Below are positions 1 through 10,059 of a stretch of 64,000 bases of DNA, piece after piece (within the stretch, counting starts at the first letter, position 1; each line of letters opens with the position of its first letter). Where the stretch lies: positions 1 through 64,000 of IMG/VR virus record IMGVR_UViG_3300050132_000038. The stretch is one strand, 5' to 3'. The translations under genes were made by a program, and so were the position numbers. The notes under the pieces were generated by a model. That model saw nothing but the letters and a program-made list of their open reading frames with translations, was not told the origin of the DNA and searched no databases.

Positions 1-1921
1 CTTCCAGTGCGGCACCAATGCCCCATGTTATGCCGCCCATCATCTGGGAGTGAGCAGTCTTCTGGTTTAATATACGACCTACATCATAGACGGCTACAAC
101 CCGTGGAATACAGATGGTCCCCAGATCTGCATCGACATGAGCTTCTACGAAGACTGCACCGAATGAATGGAAGGAATACTCGTCTCGTTCATCACCTGTA
201 TTCGCATTGGCCGATGCTTCGATAGGTGTGCCTGATCTCCCCATTACGGCCTTAACTGAGTCACGTCGAACTGGGGACTCCTTACTGATAATCCACCCGT
301 TCTCGATTACTACCTCAGATTTGCCATACACAGGAGACTTCTTATCCTTAACTGCCAAGGCAATAAGCTTCTGTCGGGCCTTCGCACATGCAGAATAAAC
401 AGCAGGGCTAATAGAGGCAGCAGACTTAGATCCACTAGCATCGGGAGACTTAGGCAGTGCAGAGTCACCTAATAAAAATGTCACGTTGTCCACAGTGAAG
501 CCCAACGCCTGTGCAGCAACCTGAGTCATAACAGTGTAGGTACCGGTTCCTAAGTCATGAGTACCAGATCCCACAACTGCAGTACCGTCTGTACGTATGA
601 TCACCTTAGCTGAGGCATCACCTCGATTACCAGGATAGGTAGCTGTTGCCATACCCATACCGATCAGCTTACGGCCCTCACGCAGAGTCCTAGGCTTCGG
701 CTGCCGTTTATCCCATCCGAACTTTGATGCCCCTATGGAGTAGCATTCATTGAGAAACTTACTAGACCAAGGGTTGCCACTATCAGGATCCTTCTCTGCG
801 TAGTTCTTAAGCCTAAGCTCTACTGGACACATCTTTAGGGCATACGACAATTCATCCATAGCTGATTCCAGTGCGAATGATCCCGTGATTGCCCCAGGTG
901 CTCGCATGAACGTTGGATTGCCGATGTTAAGCTTTACTAATCGGTGAGCAGTTACTTGATTGGGTACATCATAGAGAATGCGGGAGATCTCACAGCACGT
1001 CTCAGTCCAATCCTCTAGCATAGAGGTGGTAGAGTAGCTAGTGTGGGACATTGCAGTAAGCACGCCGTCTTTGGTAGCCCCTAGCTTAACGTGCTGCTCA
1101 GTATTCGGTCTATATCCGACAGGGCCAAACATCTGAGGGCGAGTCACCACTAAGCGTACAGGCTTGTCCAACATCTTCGCAACTGTAGCACATAGAATAA
1201 CGTGCGACCACGTTGAACCCTTGCAGCCGAAACCACCCCCAAGGTACGGAGATAGTTCACGCACGTCCGAGGCCTCTATACCGAGGGCCTTAGCGATCGC
1301 CTTCTTCGCATCATGCACCCCTTGAGTGGTATCGTGCAGAACTAACTTCTGTCCGTCCCACTGGGCTAAGGTAGCCAACGTCTCGATCGGATTGTGATTC
1401 TCGATGGGTGTGGTGTACACTTCATCTATCTGTACATCACTTTCCTCAAACCCTTCCTCGAAGTCACCACGTTTAGTATCGGGTGGCACATCAAGTTGGG
1501 GTGGAGGAGTGTACCCGTCTGCACTATCAAATTCGAGTACAGCTTCTTCCTCAGTATAAGTAATACTAAGTTTGTTAGCAGCTTCAGTTGCCCGCTCTAG
1601 GGTAGTGGCGACCACAACTGCGATAGGTTGATTGCTGTAGTGCACCTTATCGTCCTGACATAGGGACAACATACGGGTAGCAGGTAACACTACTTCCTCA
1701 ATCTTCGGTAGCTTAGGTGCGTTAGCGTGAGTCAATACGAGGAGTACGCCTAACATCTTCTCGACTTCTTCTGCATCAATCTTAACTGTACCACTAGCAA
1801 TAGTAGAGGTTACCATTACCGCGTGTACCAAGCCAGGGACCTTGAAGTCAGCAGCATAGGGAGCCGCACCTGTGACCTTTAGTACCCCATCAGTACGATT
1901 TATTGGTTGGCCGATAATCAC
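1..1921 (-). CDS. paoC: Xanthine dehydrogenase-family molybdopterin-binding subunit (PaoC/YagR-like), partial: runs off the left edge
   Basis: Absent from the ORF track, consistent with no in-frame stop before the window edge. GTG start at 1921 overlaps the paoB stop (GTGA). N-terminus reads MIIGQPINRTDGVLKVTGAAPYAADF; the same frame at the edge reads KTAHSQMMGGITWGIGAALEE. Both are XdhA/PaoC motifs. Confidence 0.9.
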   Translation of the reverse strand, partial: MIIGQPINRTDGVLKVTGAAPYAADFKVPGLVHAVMVTSTIASGTVKIDAEEVEKMLGVLLVLTHANAPKLPKIEEVVLPATRMLSLCQDDKVHYSNQPIAVVVATTLERATEAANKLSITYTEEEAVLEFDSADGYTPPPQLDVPPDTKRGDFEEGFEESDVQIDEVYTTPIENHNPIETLATLAQWDGQKLVLHDTTQGVHDAKKAIAKALGIEASDVRELSPYLGGGFGCKGSTWSHVILCATVAKMLDKPVRLVVTRPQMFGPVGYRPNTEQHVKLGATKDGVLTAMSHTSYSTTSMLEDWTETCCEISRILYDVPNQVTAHRLVKLNIGNPTFMRAPGAITGSFALESAMDELSYALKMCPVELRLKNYAEKDPDSGNPWSSKFLNECYSIGASKFGWDKRQPKPRTLREGRKLIGMGMATATYPGNRGDASAKVIIRTDGTAVVGSGTHDLGTGTYTVMTQVAAQALGFTVDNVTFLLGDSALPKSPDASGSKSAASISPAVYSACAKARQKLIALAVKDKKSPVYGKSEVVIENGWIISKESPVRRDSVKAVMGRSGTPIEASANANTGDERDEYSFHSFGAVFVEAHVDADLGTICIPRVVAVYDVGRILNQKTAHSQMMGGITWGIGAALE

Positions 1922-2892
1922 TGTACACCTCTAGCTGTGTTAATGGCGCGCACGATGGAACGTTGTGCTAACCTTACTTTGAATCGGTTATCCCTAGCAG
2001 GCTTTGCTTTCAGTAGTTCAGCTACGGATGCTTCCTTTAGCGCGTCTGAAGTTAGCTCCTTACCAATCAACAGCTTCTCTGCTATTGACGCTCTCCACGG
2101 CTTTAACGCAACACCACCTAAAGCGATCCTAATATCTTGCACTACATTACCTTCCATCTTTAACGCTACTGCAACAGAGACCACAGCGAATGCAAAGCTA
2201 TGACGATCTCGGACTTTCAAATAGTGAACGTGTGTGAACTCATGGGGCGGGAGGTCTACGGAGACTATGAGCTCTCCTTGCTGTAGAACGGTATCAATCT
2301 CGGGGGTATCCTCAGGGAGACGATGGAAGTCAGTGATTGGAATACTGCGTTTGCCTTTAGGCCCTACCACCTGCACAACTGCATCTAGCGCAGCTAATGC
2401 TACACTCATATCAGATGGGTTGGTGGCAATACACTGAGGGCTAGAACCAAAGATAGCCATGTTGCGACTAGCACCATTAATAGCAGCACAGCCACTACCG
2501 GGTTCGCGCTTGTTGCATTCGCTAAACATCGTATCGTAGAAGTAACCACAACGAGTACGCTGCATCAAGTTACCACCAGTGGTTGCCATGTTACGCAACT
2601 GAGCGGATGCACCCGATAGAATAGCCTGGCTTAATAGGGAATACTTAGTACGGACTACCGGATGGTTGGCGGCATCGCTATTGCGAACTGTTGCCCCAAT
2701 ACGGAACCCACCGTTAGGGAGCTCCTCAATCTTGTCTAGTCCTGGTACGTGAGTAATGTCAACAAGGCCGGACGGATGTTCTACGCAGCCCTTCATCAAG
2801 TCCAGGAGGTTAGTGCCTCCTGCAATGAATGTACCGTTAGCACTCAGTGCGCTTTGAATATCTGTGGCTCGAATGTAGGAGAAGTTTTCCAT
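1918..2892 (-). CDS. paoB: FAD-binding subunit of PaoABC-like aldehyde oxidoreductase (PaoB/YagS-like)
   Basis: FAD motifs IAGGTNLLDLMK and GASAQLRNMATTGGNL; four-Cys insertion (RTRC..CNK..SGC..QCIA) typical of the PaoB [4Fe-4S] insert. Confidence 0.92.
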   Translation of the reverse strand: MENFSYIRATDIQSALSANGTFIAGGTNLLDLMKGCVEHPSGLVDITHVPGLDKIEELPNGGFRIGATVRNSDAANHPVVRTKYSLLSQAILSGASAQLRNMATTGGNLMQRTRCGYFYDTMFSECNKREPGSGCAAINGASRNMAIFGSSPQCIATNPSDMSVALAALDAVVQVVGPKGKRSIPITDFHRLPEDTPEIDTVLQQGELIVSVDLPPHEFTHVHYLKVRDRHSFAFAVVSVAVALKMEGNVVQDIRIALGGVALKPWRASIAEKLLIGKELTSDALKEASVAELLKAKPARDNRFKVRLAQRSIVRAINTARGVQ

Positions 2893-3375
2893 CTAGGTCT
2901 CCGATACTGCTTTGATCGCCTTAACGATATTGGGATATGCTCCACAGCGACAGAGGTTGCCGCTCATACGCTCTTTGATCTCGTCATCCAGTGAGGCACC
3001 TGAGACAGCACTCAGTTCCCCACGGTCTAATTCATTTAGCAATGCTGAAGCTGAACACAGTTGACCTGGGGTACAGTAGCCGCATTGGAAAGCATCGTAG
3101 TCGAGGAAGGCTTGTTGAAGATCGCTGAGTTTGTCACCTTCAGCAAGTCCCTCTACAGTAGTGATCTCTTGACCGTCGTGCATAACGGCTAACGTTAAAC
3201 AGGAGTTGATACGCCGACCGTCAACCAGTACAGTACATGCTCCACACTGTCCTCTGTCGCAGCCTTTCTTTGTTCCCATCAACCCGGCACGTTCACGGAT
3301 TGCATCGAGCAGCGTTACCCTGGGTTCAAGATCACCAGAGTACCGTTGCTCGTTTATATTCAGTGTAATTTTCAT
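2893..3375 (-). CDS. paoA: 2x[2Fe-2S] subunit (PaoA/YagT-like), no Tat signal peptide
   Basis: GTKKGCDRGQCGACTV, FQCGYCTPG and MSGNLCRCGAY motifs. Confidence 0.93.
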   Translation of the reverse strand: MKITLNINEQRYSGDLEPRVTLLDAIRERAGLMGTKKGCDRGQCGACTVLVDGRRINSCLTLAVMHDGQEITTVEGLAEGDKLSDLQQAFLDYDAFQCGYCTPGQLCSASALLNELDRGELSAVSGASLDDEIKERMSGNLCRCGAYPNIVKAIKAVSET

Positions 3376-3387
3376 AGTAAATAGAAG

Positions 3388-3419
3388 AGCCCCATTGAAG
3401 TATAATTTTCAATGGGGCT
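3388..3419. terminator. Inverted-repeat hairpin, likely intrinsic terminator at the end of the late block
   Basis: AGCCCCATTGAA / TTCAATGGGGCT perfect 12-bp stem with T-rich flanks. Confidence 0.65.
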
Positions 3420-3437
3420 ATTTGGTTACCCGGTTAG

Positions 3438-3788
3438 TTACAGTTTTGTGAGATCCTCTTTGTACTTGCGGAGATCCTGCTCAAGCTCAGAAACTTCTAC
3501 TTCATCCGCTTCTGGATCCCGTGTCAGCTGCTTGAGCCGTGTTTGAATCTTCTTGATACGTTGCTGCACTGTAGTCTTGCGATCAGCAGGGGCCTTAGAT
3601 ACCTTCGGCTTTGCTGGGTTTTTTGGTTTAGGTGCTGGTTTTCCGGCGTCCTTAGCAAGCTTCGAGTCGGGATGACGCTTAAGGTACTCTCTTTGCATCT
3701 CCGGATTGAGAGAAGTGAACCAGGATGGGGCTGCGACTACTTCCGTAGTTTCCATCAGCCGCGCTGCTGCGTTAAGTTGAATCTTCAT
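3438..3788 (-). CDS. Hypothetical basic protein with N-terminal LNAAxRL tag and WF..HP.SK.A motif
   Basis: MKIQLNAAARL; WFTSLNPEMQREYLKRHPDSKLA; coiled-coil-like C-terminus. Confidence 0.75.
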   Translation of the reverse strand: MKIQLNAAARLMETTEVVAAPSWFTSLNPEMQREYLKRHPDSKLAKDAGKPAPKPKNPAKPKVSKAPADRKTTVQQRIKKIQTRLKQLTRDPEADEVEVSELEQDLRKYKEDLTKL

Positions 3789-3806
3789 ATTAGTAGCCCT
3801 AGTTGA

Positions 3807-4565
3807 TTACGCAGTCGTGCCTTCTTCCACCTGGCGCCGAATTTCTTCTAAATAATCCGGAGCATAGCTGTACAACTTCGACCAGTACTCAATGGCCTGG
3901 GTCTGGTCCGCACGGCTAATGTTAGCCTTCACCATAGCACGACTAAACGATTTGGGGATTGGTACCTGCGAGATAACCGTCACCATATCATAATCAACAA
4001 CGGCAGCAGTTTGGGTAGTAGACGACACCACCTTAACTTGCTTATCGTTAGAAGCCACTACGAAACCGTGATCCATGTCACCCGACTTCGAGACAAACGA
4101 GACGAACTCACCTGAAGCAGCCTTAGCGATCTGAAGGCTACGCAATGCAGGAATGTCCGACCGGCGATGCACCGAAGCATTAACCAATTCCGACAGGTCC
4201 TCGTGACCATGACGTGCAAGGAACTTACCAGCCTTGCCCTCACGAATTTCCCACAGCGACTTGTCTGCATCATCCATCATAATGTTGGACGACATTACCT
4301 TATAGGATGCCCGCAACTCTTTATCAGAGACAACCCGCACTTCCTTGTTAGAACGAACGAACCCAACAGCTACACCAGCTTTGACGATACGGAAGCTATC
4401 TTCAACGGGAGCAGCCAGGTTGTTGAACTTATGTTGGAGAGCCGCACGAATGTCTTCCTTTGTCTGCTTACCAGTGAACGAGATCATCACCTTAGCCAGC
4501 GTCTCGCTCTTCATCCGGAAGTCGGTAATGCTTACAGTCTTTGCGTAGTCCATAATGCTGTTCAT
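3807..4565 (-). CDS. Putative virion structural protein
   Basis: 252-aa ORF with an AAGGA RBS, in the structural block; function not recognised. Confidence 0.6.
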   Translation of the reverse strand: MNSIMDYAKTVSITDFRMKSETLAKVMISFTGKQTKEDIRAALQHKFNNLAAPVEDSFRIVKAGVAVGFVRSNKEVRVVSDKELRASYKVMSSNIMMDDADKSLWEIREGKAGKFLARHGHEDLSELVNASVHRRSDIPALRSLQIAKAASGEFVSFVSKSGDMDHGFVVASNDKQVKVVSSTTQTAAVVDYDMVTVISQVPIPKSFSRAMVKANISRADQTQAIEYWSKLYSYAPDYLEEIRRQVEEGTTA

Positions 4566-4648
4566 GATTTATATCCTTAGTTGTGCAGCAACTTTGTTGT
4601 GAAAGAAAGTGTGAAACAGTAGTGAACCTCTACGGGTCGGTACGGCGG

Positions 4649-4867
4649 TTACTTAGTCTTCTTGGCCTTACGATTGTCTTCTCGCATCTTTTTCATCTTT
4701 TCTTGTAGTTTCTGTAGTCCGTCTCTAGCTGCTACTCCACCTCTACCCATACTGATCAGTTGCTTAGTAGTGGCGATTTTGTTCTGAAGCTGCTTTATCT
4801 CAGTGTCAGAATGTTCCGCTGCAGTAACTTCTGTAAGTCGGGCTGCTGCGTTAAGTTGAATCTTCAT
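4649..4867 (-). CDS. Small basic protein with LNAAxRL tag
   Basis: MKIQLNAAARLTEVTAA; the first 26 nt are identical to those of 3438..3788. Confidence 0.7.
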   Translation of the reverse strand: MKIQLNAAARLTEVTAAEHSDTEIKQLQNKIATTKQLISMGRGGVAARDGLQKLQEKMKKMREDNRKAKKTK

Positions 4868-4949
4868 TTCTAATCCTTTAATTTTTTGGTAATGGTACAG
4901 TTCTGCCAGCTAATGAATGTTTAGAATCACTACAGTACTGAATCGTACC

Positions 4950-5558
4950 TTAGTCCTCCTGAAGCCCTTCTAGCTTATCGGACAATTCTTTCATCTGATC
5001 TTTGAGCTTCTGGGGTACATTCTTTCCGTACCCCTTCATCTCCTTCCGCAGCTTAGTACGCTTTCCTTGGAGATCCTTAATCTTACCTTCCTTAGACTTA
5101 AATTTGAAGGGTAGCTCTGGTAGCTCGCCCTTCTTGCCTATGTCAGTAAGCTCCAGGGGATCAAGTAGGCGACGAATAACTTCATGGCCTCCCTTCTTCA
5201 CCAGCTCCTTGGCCTTCTTCTTAGCTGCGTCCCCACCCTTATGAAGGAGATACTTAGTTAGACTCTTCTCCTCGTCTGGATTCTTCTTTGGTTTAGGCTT
5301 TGTTGTATCGTCTGAGTCCTCGTCTTCACCGCTCGGGCCTTCCAGAAGGGCCTTCGGAGTTTTCAGAGTCTTGGGCGGAGGTTTAAGGCCATCCTTTAGT
5401 TTCTTGGGCTTATGCTTGGATGTATCGTCATCCTCTCCGTCGTAGCCCATAGCGTATTTGCTATCGGGATGCTCCTCAATGTATTCTTCTTTCTGGTCCT
5501 CATCTAGGGCATCCCACCAGTTAGCCAATAACCTAGAGGCAGCTTGGAGCTTAATCAT
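4950..5558 (-). CDS. Charged protein with tag variant and WW..HP.SKYA motif
   Basis: MIKLQAASRLLANWWDALDEDQKEEYIEEHPDSKYA. Confidence 0.72.
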   Translation of the reverse strand: MIKLQAASRLLANWWDALDEDQKEEYIEEHPDSKYAMGYDGEDDDTSKHKPKKLKDGLKPPPKTLKTPKALLEGPSGEDEDSDDTTKPKPKKNPDEEKSLTKYLLHKGGDAAKKKAKELVKKGGHEVIRRLLDPLELTDIGKKGELPELPFKFKSKEGKIKDLQGKRTKLRKEMKGYGKNVPQKLKDQMKELSDKLEGLQED

Positions 5559-5574
5559 TCTAAACTCCTAGGGT

Positions 5575-6081
5575 CTATGCATCTACAAGGTAGTCATAGT
5601 TCCACGTAATAGACAGGGTAACAAGATTCGATGCGGTACCGTCCATTGCGTAGTCTGCAATTGTTTCCGGCCACATACCATAGACGTTAACAGTCTTCAC
5701 TACGTTAGGGATCGAGTTGTAAACCACGATCTGGCCGTTCACCTTATAAGCGGAAGCCAACGTTCCACTATTGTTCACCCATGAACGGGCACTCTCACGC
5801 CAGTTAATGAAGGAGGTACGGGTTAGGTAGTCCGAACCTTCCATGAACACTGATTCAAAGGTGTGCGTATAAATAGCACGACCTGCGTATCGAAGTTCCA
5901 CACCGTGCAAGGCTACAGTCACAGGGTCCATAGCAGCACCTGGCAAAGCAGTAGACTGGCAGCGATAGGTAAGCTGTCGAGTATCAGCTGAGCCTGGGAT
6001 GGCAGGCAAAAAGAGGTCGTACTCCCAGCTTGTCGCCGGATCAGCAATAGACTGCACGTTAGCTAAAGAAGTTCTAGCCAT
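5575..6081 (-). CDS. Tail tube protein (T4 gp19-like)
   Basis: 168 aa, just downstream of the sheath; STALPG, WRE..R.W, YGMWP and final TWNYDY pattern typical of tube proteins. Confidence 0.8.
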   Translation of the reverse strand: MARTSLANVQSIADPATSWEYDLFLPAIPGSADTRQLTYRCQSTALPGAAMDPVTVALHGVELRYAGRAIYTHTFESVFMEGSDYLTRTSFINWRESARSWVNNSGTLASAYKVNGQIVVYNSIPNVVKTVNVYGMWPETIADYAMDGTASNLVTLSITWNYDYLVDA

Positions 6082-6103
6082 AATTAACTCCTAGTTATTT
6101 AAT

Positions 6104-6112
6104 ATGAAATTG
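6104..6112 (-). promoter_or_regulatory. Putative late promoter motif CAATTTNAW, upstream of the tail tube
   Basis: One of nine copies upstream of late-region gene starts (see findings). Confidence 0.55.
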
Positions 6113-6116
6113 ATTG

Positions 6117-6977
6117 TTAGCTAAGAGGCTGATTGGCTACGTTCCACAGATGTAAGGCGTCAGCATCACCCAGTACCTCCTCAGGTTCCTCGTCTGCATC
6201 ACTAAGGATTTGAACCTCGCCCTCTTCAGAAGGTTCACCTAGCATCTCATGACTTTCACAACCCGTATCGAACGTAGCCGCCAGGTAGTTCTCGTCCTCA
6301 TCACGCGAGACCGGGAACTTAACATAGGTCGACCCAGGAGGGGAGTCCACGTCCACAGTGGAGTCTGCTTCCACAACCGAAGCCTCATTCTGATACATGA
6401 TAGACTGCTCATCTAACAAGCGGTCTAGCATTGCTTTAGGCTTAGACTTACGTTTAGCTGCTGGCTTCTTTTTAGTAGCAGGCTTTCTCTTAGCACCTCT
6501 CACTACATCCGGCTGGTCCTCTAGGTTAATGTCAATAGAGGGTATGCTCGACTCAAACATATCGAACGGATTGTCCGTAGTGGAGTCCGCCTCTACTGCT
6601 CTGGGGTTAGAATCCTCGACACCCTGGAGTAGTGGATCCGTGGAAACCGAGTTATCACCCATAGCCCCGTGCTTCTCAATTGCCGCCCGAAGCCGGGAAG
6701 CCAACAGCTTAGCCATAGGGAACGCAGTACCTGATTCTCTAGTGCTTGTACGTGGAGGATTTGCATAGCCGTCACCTAACTCTTCGGCGGCAAACATACC
6801 ACTTGAGGTGTCTCGCTCGTCCCTAGAGCTTAGGGTATCTGCAGCAGTTACTGGATTGGTTTCAAGGAAGTCTTTAACTGCCACCTCATCTTCCTCTTGG
6901 TGCTCGTCTATGTCTGAGGCTTTAACTCTAGTCCCACTGGAGGCTAACAATCGTGATGCTGCGTTTAATTTGAACAT
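6117..6977 (-). CDS. Acidic putative head/internal protein with LNAAxRL tag
   Basis: MFKLNAASRLLAS; second degenerate copy AKLLASRLRAA; many V-x-A-[ASD] sites. Confidence 0.7.
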   Translation of the reverse strand: MFKLNAASRLLASSGTRVKASDIDEHQEEDEVAVKDFLETNPVTAADTLSSRDERDTSSGMFAAEELGDGYANPPRTSTRESGTAFPMAKLLASRLRAAIEKHGAMGDNSVSTDPLLQGVEDSNPRAVEADSTTDNPFDMFESSIPSIDINLEDQPDVVRGAKRKPATKKKPAAKRKSKPKAMLDRLLDEQSIMYQNEASVVEADSTVDVDSPPGSTYVKFPVSRDEDENYLAATFDTGCESHEMLGEPSEEGEVQILSDADEEPEEVLGDADALHLWNVANQPLS

Positions 6978-7037
6978 TTGTTCTCCTAGGGGGATCTACG
7001 CACACTGTACTAGCTATGCGTAGCCTTTACTACTAGG

Positions 7038-8975
7038 TCAGGACGGGGCGACCTGGGCTAAAGTTTCTGCGAAACTGACACCCTGCTGGCTGATGGCTAC
7101 CGTCAACTGGATAATATGCGTCGGTATGGTAGGGATAATAATTACGGTCACGTTCCTAATCCCGCTGTTAAGATCCTGGGCCGTATTATTACTACTATCC
7201 GACACCACATCGAAACTAGAGATTGCTCTCGCATTTTGAAGTGCCAAAAGGTAGGCGCTACAGCTACCTACAATCTGGTTCCCTAAGAACTGGTCATTGG
7301 GCTCTTGCAGTGAGTATAACAAGAACGAGTACAGTGACGTCTTCAACACGTTCACAATACGCCGCACCGACACCCACGACAATGCGGAGAACTCAGTACT
7401 CAACGTCTGTTGTTCCCACAGCGCAGTACCCGAACCAACGAAGGTTTGAGTATAGTTAACCTGCGCTTGGAACAACGAGTTCATCTCACCCGCGTCATAC
7501 GTATAGCGTGTACCCAGCACGTTCACAATACCACGATTCAAACCTGCGATACTGTAACTAGGGTTAGCCACTCGATCGGTACGAGCACACAGTGCAGCCG
7601 CCCAACCACTAAACGGTACATATTGTTGCTTACCGTTAATGGTATCCGCCTCCAACATATCGGGACTAAACAACGCGCTATACGTGGAGTTCAGATTCAA
7701 CTGCAGGTTACGGTAATCAATAGCCGATTGGAAAGCCTGACTTGCACTAGGTACATCGAGCAAGGACACGGAATCCCCACGCGACTGAGCCAACGAATCC
7801 ATAGCCCGTTGGACCGTCGGATCACTGTGACCTGAGTTCAACAAGATATTGATTGGGTACAACTGCTTGTTACTAAACGTAGCCCAACCCGCTGCAACCT
7901 CATACGATGTAGGGAGTGACCCGTTGTTACCCCCTGCCATATTCATAATAGGCACTGTCTCTACCGTAGGAACAGTTAGCAACGCCGGTACATTCGATGT
8001 AACCTGAATCCATTGGGAGAACGGATTAATTCGCTGCTCCAACTCTGCTTCCATCCCAGTCGGGTCTGTCATATCCGTTAGAGAACAATTGAAGTTCTCA
8101 ACTGCATACGTGCTAGACTGTGCAGTGTTAAACACATTAACTGAGAAGAAAGGATTAGCTGGAGGTAATTTAGCAGGACTGGTGATCGGGAACACGGTGG
8201 TACTAGCCATTACTGCACCAGTATCAGTGAACGTCGTAGTAGCCGCACCTACAGTAGCCAACAGTCCAATGGTACCTGCAACACGTCCGTACACATTGTA
8301 ACCAGTAGCCCCAATAACTGGGTTCCAGGTCAACGTTACCTCGTTGGTTGTTGTCCCTGCTGCAATAACCACAGTAACAATGTTAGTGGCCAGCGTTCCA
8401 CCTGCACCAGAAATAGCAGACACCTGGTAGGAATACGTTGAAGCCGCCAACATACCACCAGTAGTAGACGAAGTAGCAGCTAGTCCCGTGGGTGGGTTAA
8501 TATTGTTAGAGGTAATGGAAATCGCAGTGTTATCACCGTACTGTCCTGGGCCTAGTGCTGGGTAGAACAAAGCAATTGCCTCGTTACCAGTACCAGTAGG
8601 AAGTAACGCCATCCAATCAGGCTGGGTAGGATCAGCTACACCTCCAGTGATCTGGGTTAGGTACGTTTCCATACCGTCCGTCCACATAAGAACCGCAGCG
8701 TACATCGCACTGGGATCTACTACTCGAAGACCCCATAGTTGGGAACCCTGACTAAAGTAATCCAGTCCGCAATAAACGTCGAATGACACCTGCGCATTCG
8801 GATTACCGTACTGGTTTAGATAAGACTGTGTGTTAGTAATTAAGGTTGGTACAACAGGCCCTTGGTTCGCCACAATAACCTGAGCAACTACAGAGGTAGA
8901 TGCAGAGACGATTACCTGTGACAAATTAATTTCCTGGACCAGCACTGCTGAACTTTGGTCTGCACTAATTGTCAT
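7038..8975 (-). CDS. Tail sheath protein with inserted Ig/FN3-like domain
   Basis: N-terminal V.VQEI.LS and GP..PTLITN..Y..YG; C-terminal IAGLNRG, VSVRR and SNNT..D motifs of contractile sheaths; insert VTLTWNPVIGATGYNVY. Confidence 0.9.
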   Translation of the reverse strand: MTISADQSSAVLVQEINLSQVIVSASTSVVAQVIVANQGPVVPTLITNTQSYLNQYGNPNAQVSFDVYCGLDYFSQGSQLWGLRVVDPSAMYAAVLMWTDGMETYLTQITGGVADPTQPDWMALLPTGTGNEAIALFYPALGPGQYGDNTAISITSNNINPPTGLAATSSTTGGMLAASTYSYQVSAISGAGGTLATNIVTVVIAAGTTTNEVTLTWNPVIGATGYNVYGRVAGTIGLLATVGAATTTFTDTGAVMASTTVFPITSPAKLPPANPFFSVNVFNTAQSSTYAVENFNCSLTDMTDPTGMEAELEQRINPFSQWIQVTSNVPALLTVPTVETVPIMNMAGGNNGSLPTSYEVAAGWATFSNKQLYPINILLNSGHSDPTVQRAMDSLAQSRGDSVSLLDVPSASQAFQSAIDYRNLQLNLNSTYSALFSPDMLEADTINGKQQYVPFSGWAAALCARTDRVANPSYSIAGLNRGIVNVLGTRYTYDAGEMNSLFQAQVNYTQTFVGSGTALWEQQTLSTEFSALSWVSVRRIVNVLKTSLYSFLLYSLQEPNDQFLGNQIVGSCSAYLLALQNARAISSFDVVSDSSNNTAQDLNSGIRNVTVIIIPTIPTHIIQLTVAISQQGVSFAETLAQVAPS

Positions 8976-9004
8976 AATGTGTTTCTCCTAATGGTCGTTA
9001 GCAG

Positions 9005-9370
9005 TTAAGTCTTAACTGCTGGGGAACTGACGGTCGGAGCCGTGGGTGTAGCTTTAGTAACTGCCGGTGTTGCTGTAGCAGGTTTGACAGGACTACCAAT
9101 GACCTTCTGTGCAGCCATACGACCTGCCACATTAGACTTCGACGTTTTAGCTACTGGTACAGCAGGGGCTTGCACAGTAGCACTATCAACTAACTTGATG
9201 TTCTTGCCGTACAGAGCCATCCAATTGTTATCGATTGTACAGTCAGTAGGCATTGGTGTGCGGCCTCGCCCTGGCACCCGTACGCTCGTACTAACAGGTT
9301 TGCCTTTAACCTGTTTGATGACCCCTACTTGTAAGGGCACCCGTCCGATGTTCATGATAATGGTCGTCAT
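9005..9370 (-). CDS. Hypothetical tail-region protein with Pro/Ala/Thr-rich tail
   Basis: ORF with GGAGG RBS between the sheath and the putative tail completion gene. Confidence 0.55.
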   Translation of the reverse strand: MTTIIMNIGRVPLQVGVIKQVKGKPVSTSVRVPGRGRTPMPTDCTIDNNWMALYGKNIKLVDSATVQAPAVPVAKTSKSNVAGRMAAQKVIGSPVKPATATPAVTKATPTAPTVSSPAVKT

Positions 9371-9384
9371 TCGAGACCTCCAGA

Positions 9385-10059
9385 TTAATCTGTTGTTGGA
9401 AAAGTGAAAACTTGTGAGCTTATCAGCTTGGGATTAACGCCACCGACCGACGATAGAACGTTGATCGTATTGACCTTGCCTCCCGAGGCTAGGATAGGCT
9501 CACTTATATACCCATGCAATGTTAAATTTGCGGTGATAACGTACGCAGATTCAGACTCGACAATGTTGGGTAGTGTAGGGATTGTCACAGACTCAGGCAT
9601 CGTCAACCAGGTGTTGAATGCTAAACGTCCATAGTTGATAGTAGATTTTAGATACCCACCTCGATACGCTAGAACCCATCGTCTAGCAAAGGCCAGTACA
9701 GATCCCTGTTCTACTGAGTCGAATTTGTTAGTGGTGTACGTTATAGCCAACTCGAAGTTAGCAGGCATTACCCGAACCTGCTGCACCGTAGAACCTGAAT
9801 CAACATTAACGATCAGCCCCTTACGTAACATCATCTGCGTACTGTAGGTCTCCTTATTAGCCGCAACACTCTGGATCTCAAAGGTTGCATAAGGATACTC
9901 AAGGGGCTTACCCTCACCAAATATTCTATCTAATACCTTCGTCTTATCTACGCTATTGGTGTACACGCACCTACAGTTGAAGACTTGCTGCCACCTCTGC
10001 TGGAAGGCACTCAGCGTCATCGAGTCTATAGGTACCAGTGTTACTCCTGCTGAAGCCAT
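9385..10059 (-). CDS. Putative tail completion/terminator-like protein
   Basis: Position between the capsid and sheath genes, size, and a PLEYPYATF..beta-rich pattern; assigned mainly by synteny. Confidence 0.45.
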   Translation of the reverse strand: MASAGVTLVPIDSMTLSAFQQRWQQVFNCRCVYTNSVDKTKVLDRIFGEGKPLEYPYATFEIQSVAANKETYSTQMMLRKGLIVNVDSGSTVQQVRVMPANFELAITYTTNKFDSVEQGSVLAFARRWVLAYRGGYLKSTINYGRLAFNTWLTMPESVTIPTLPNIVESESAYVITANLTLHGYISEPILASGGKVNTINVLSSVGGVNPKLISSQVFTFPTTD

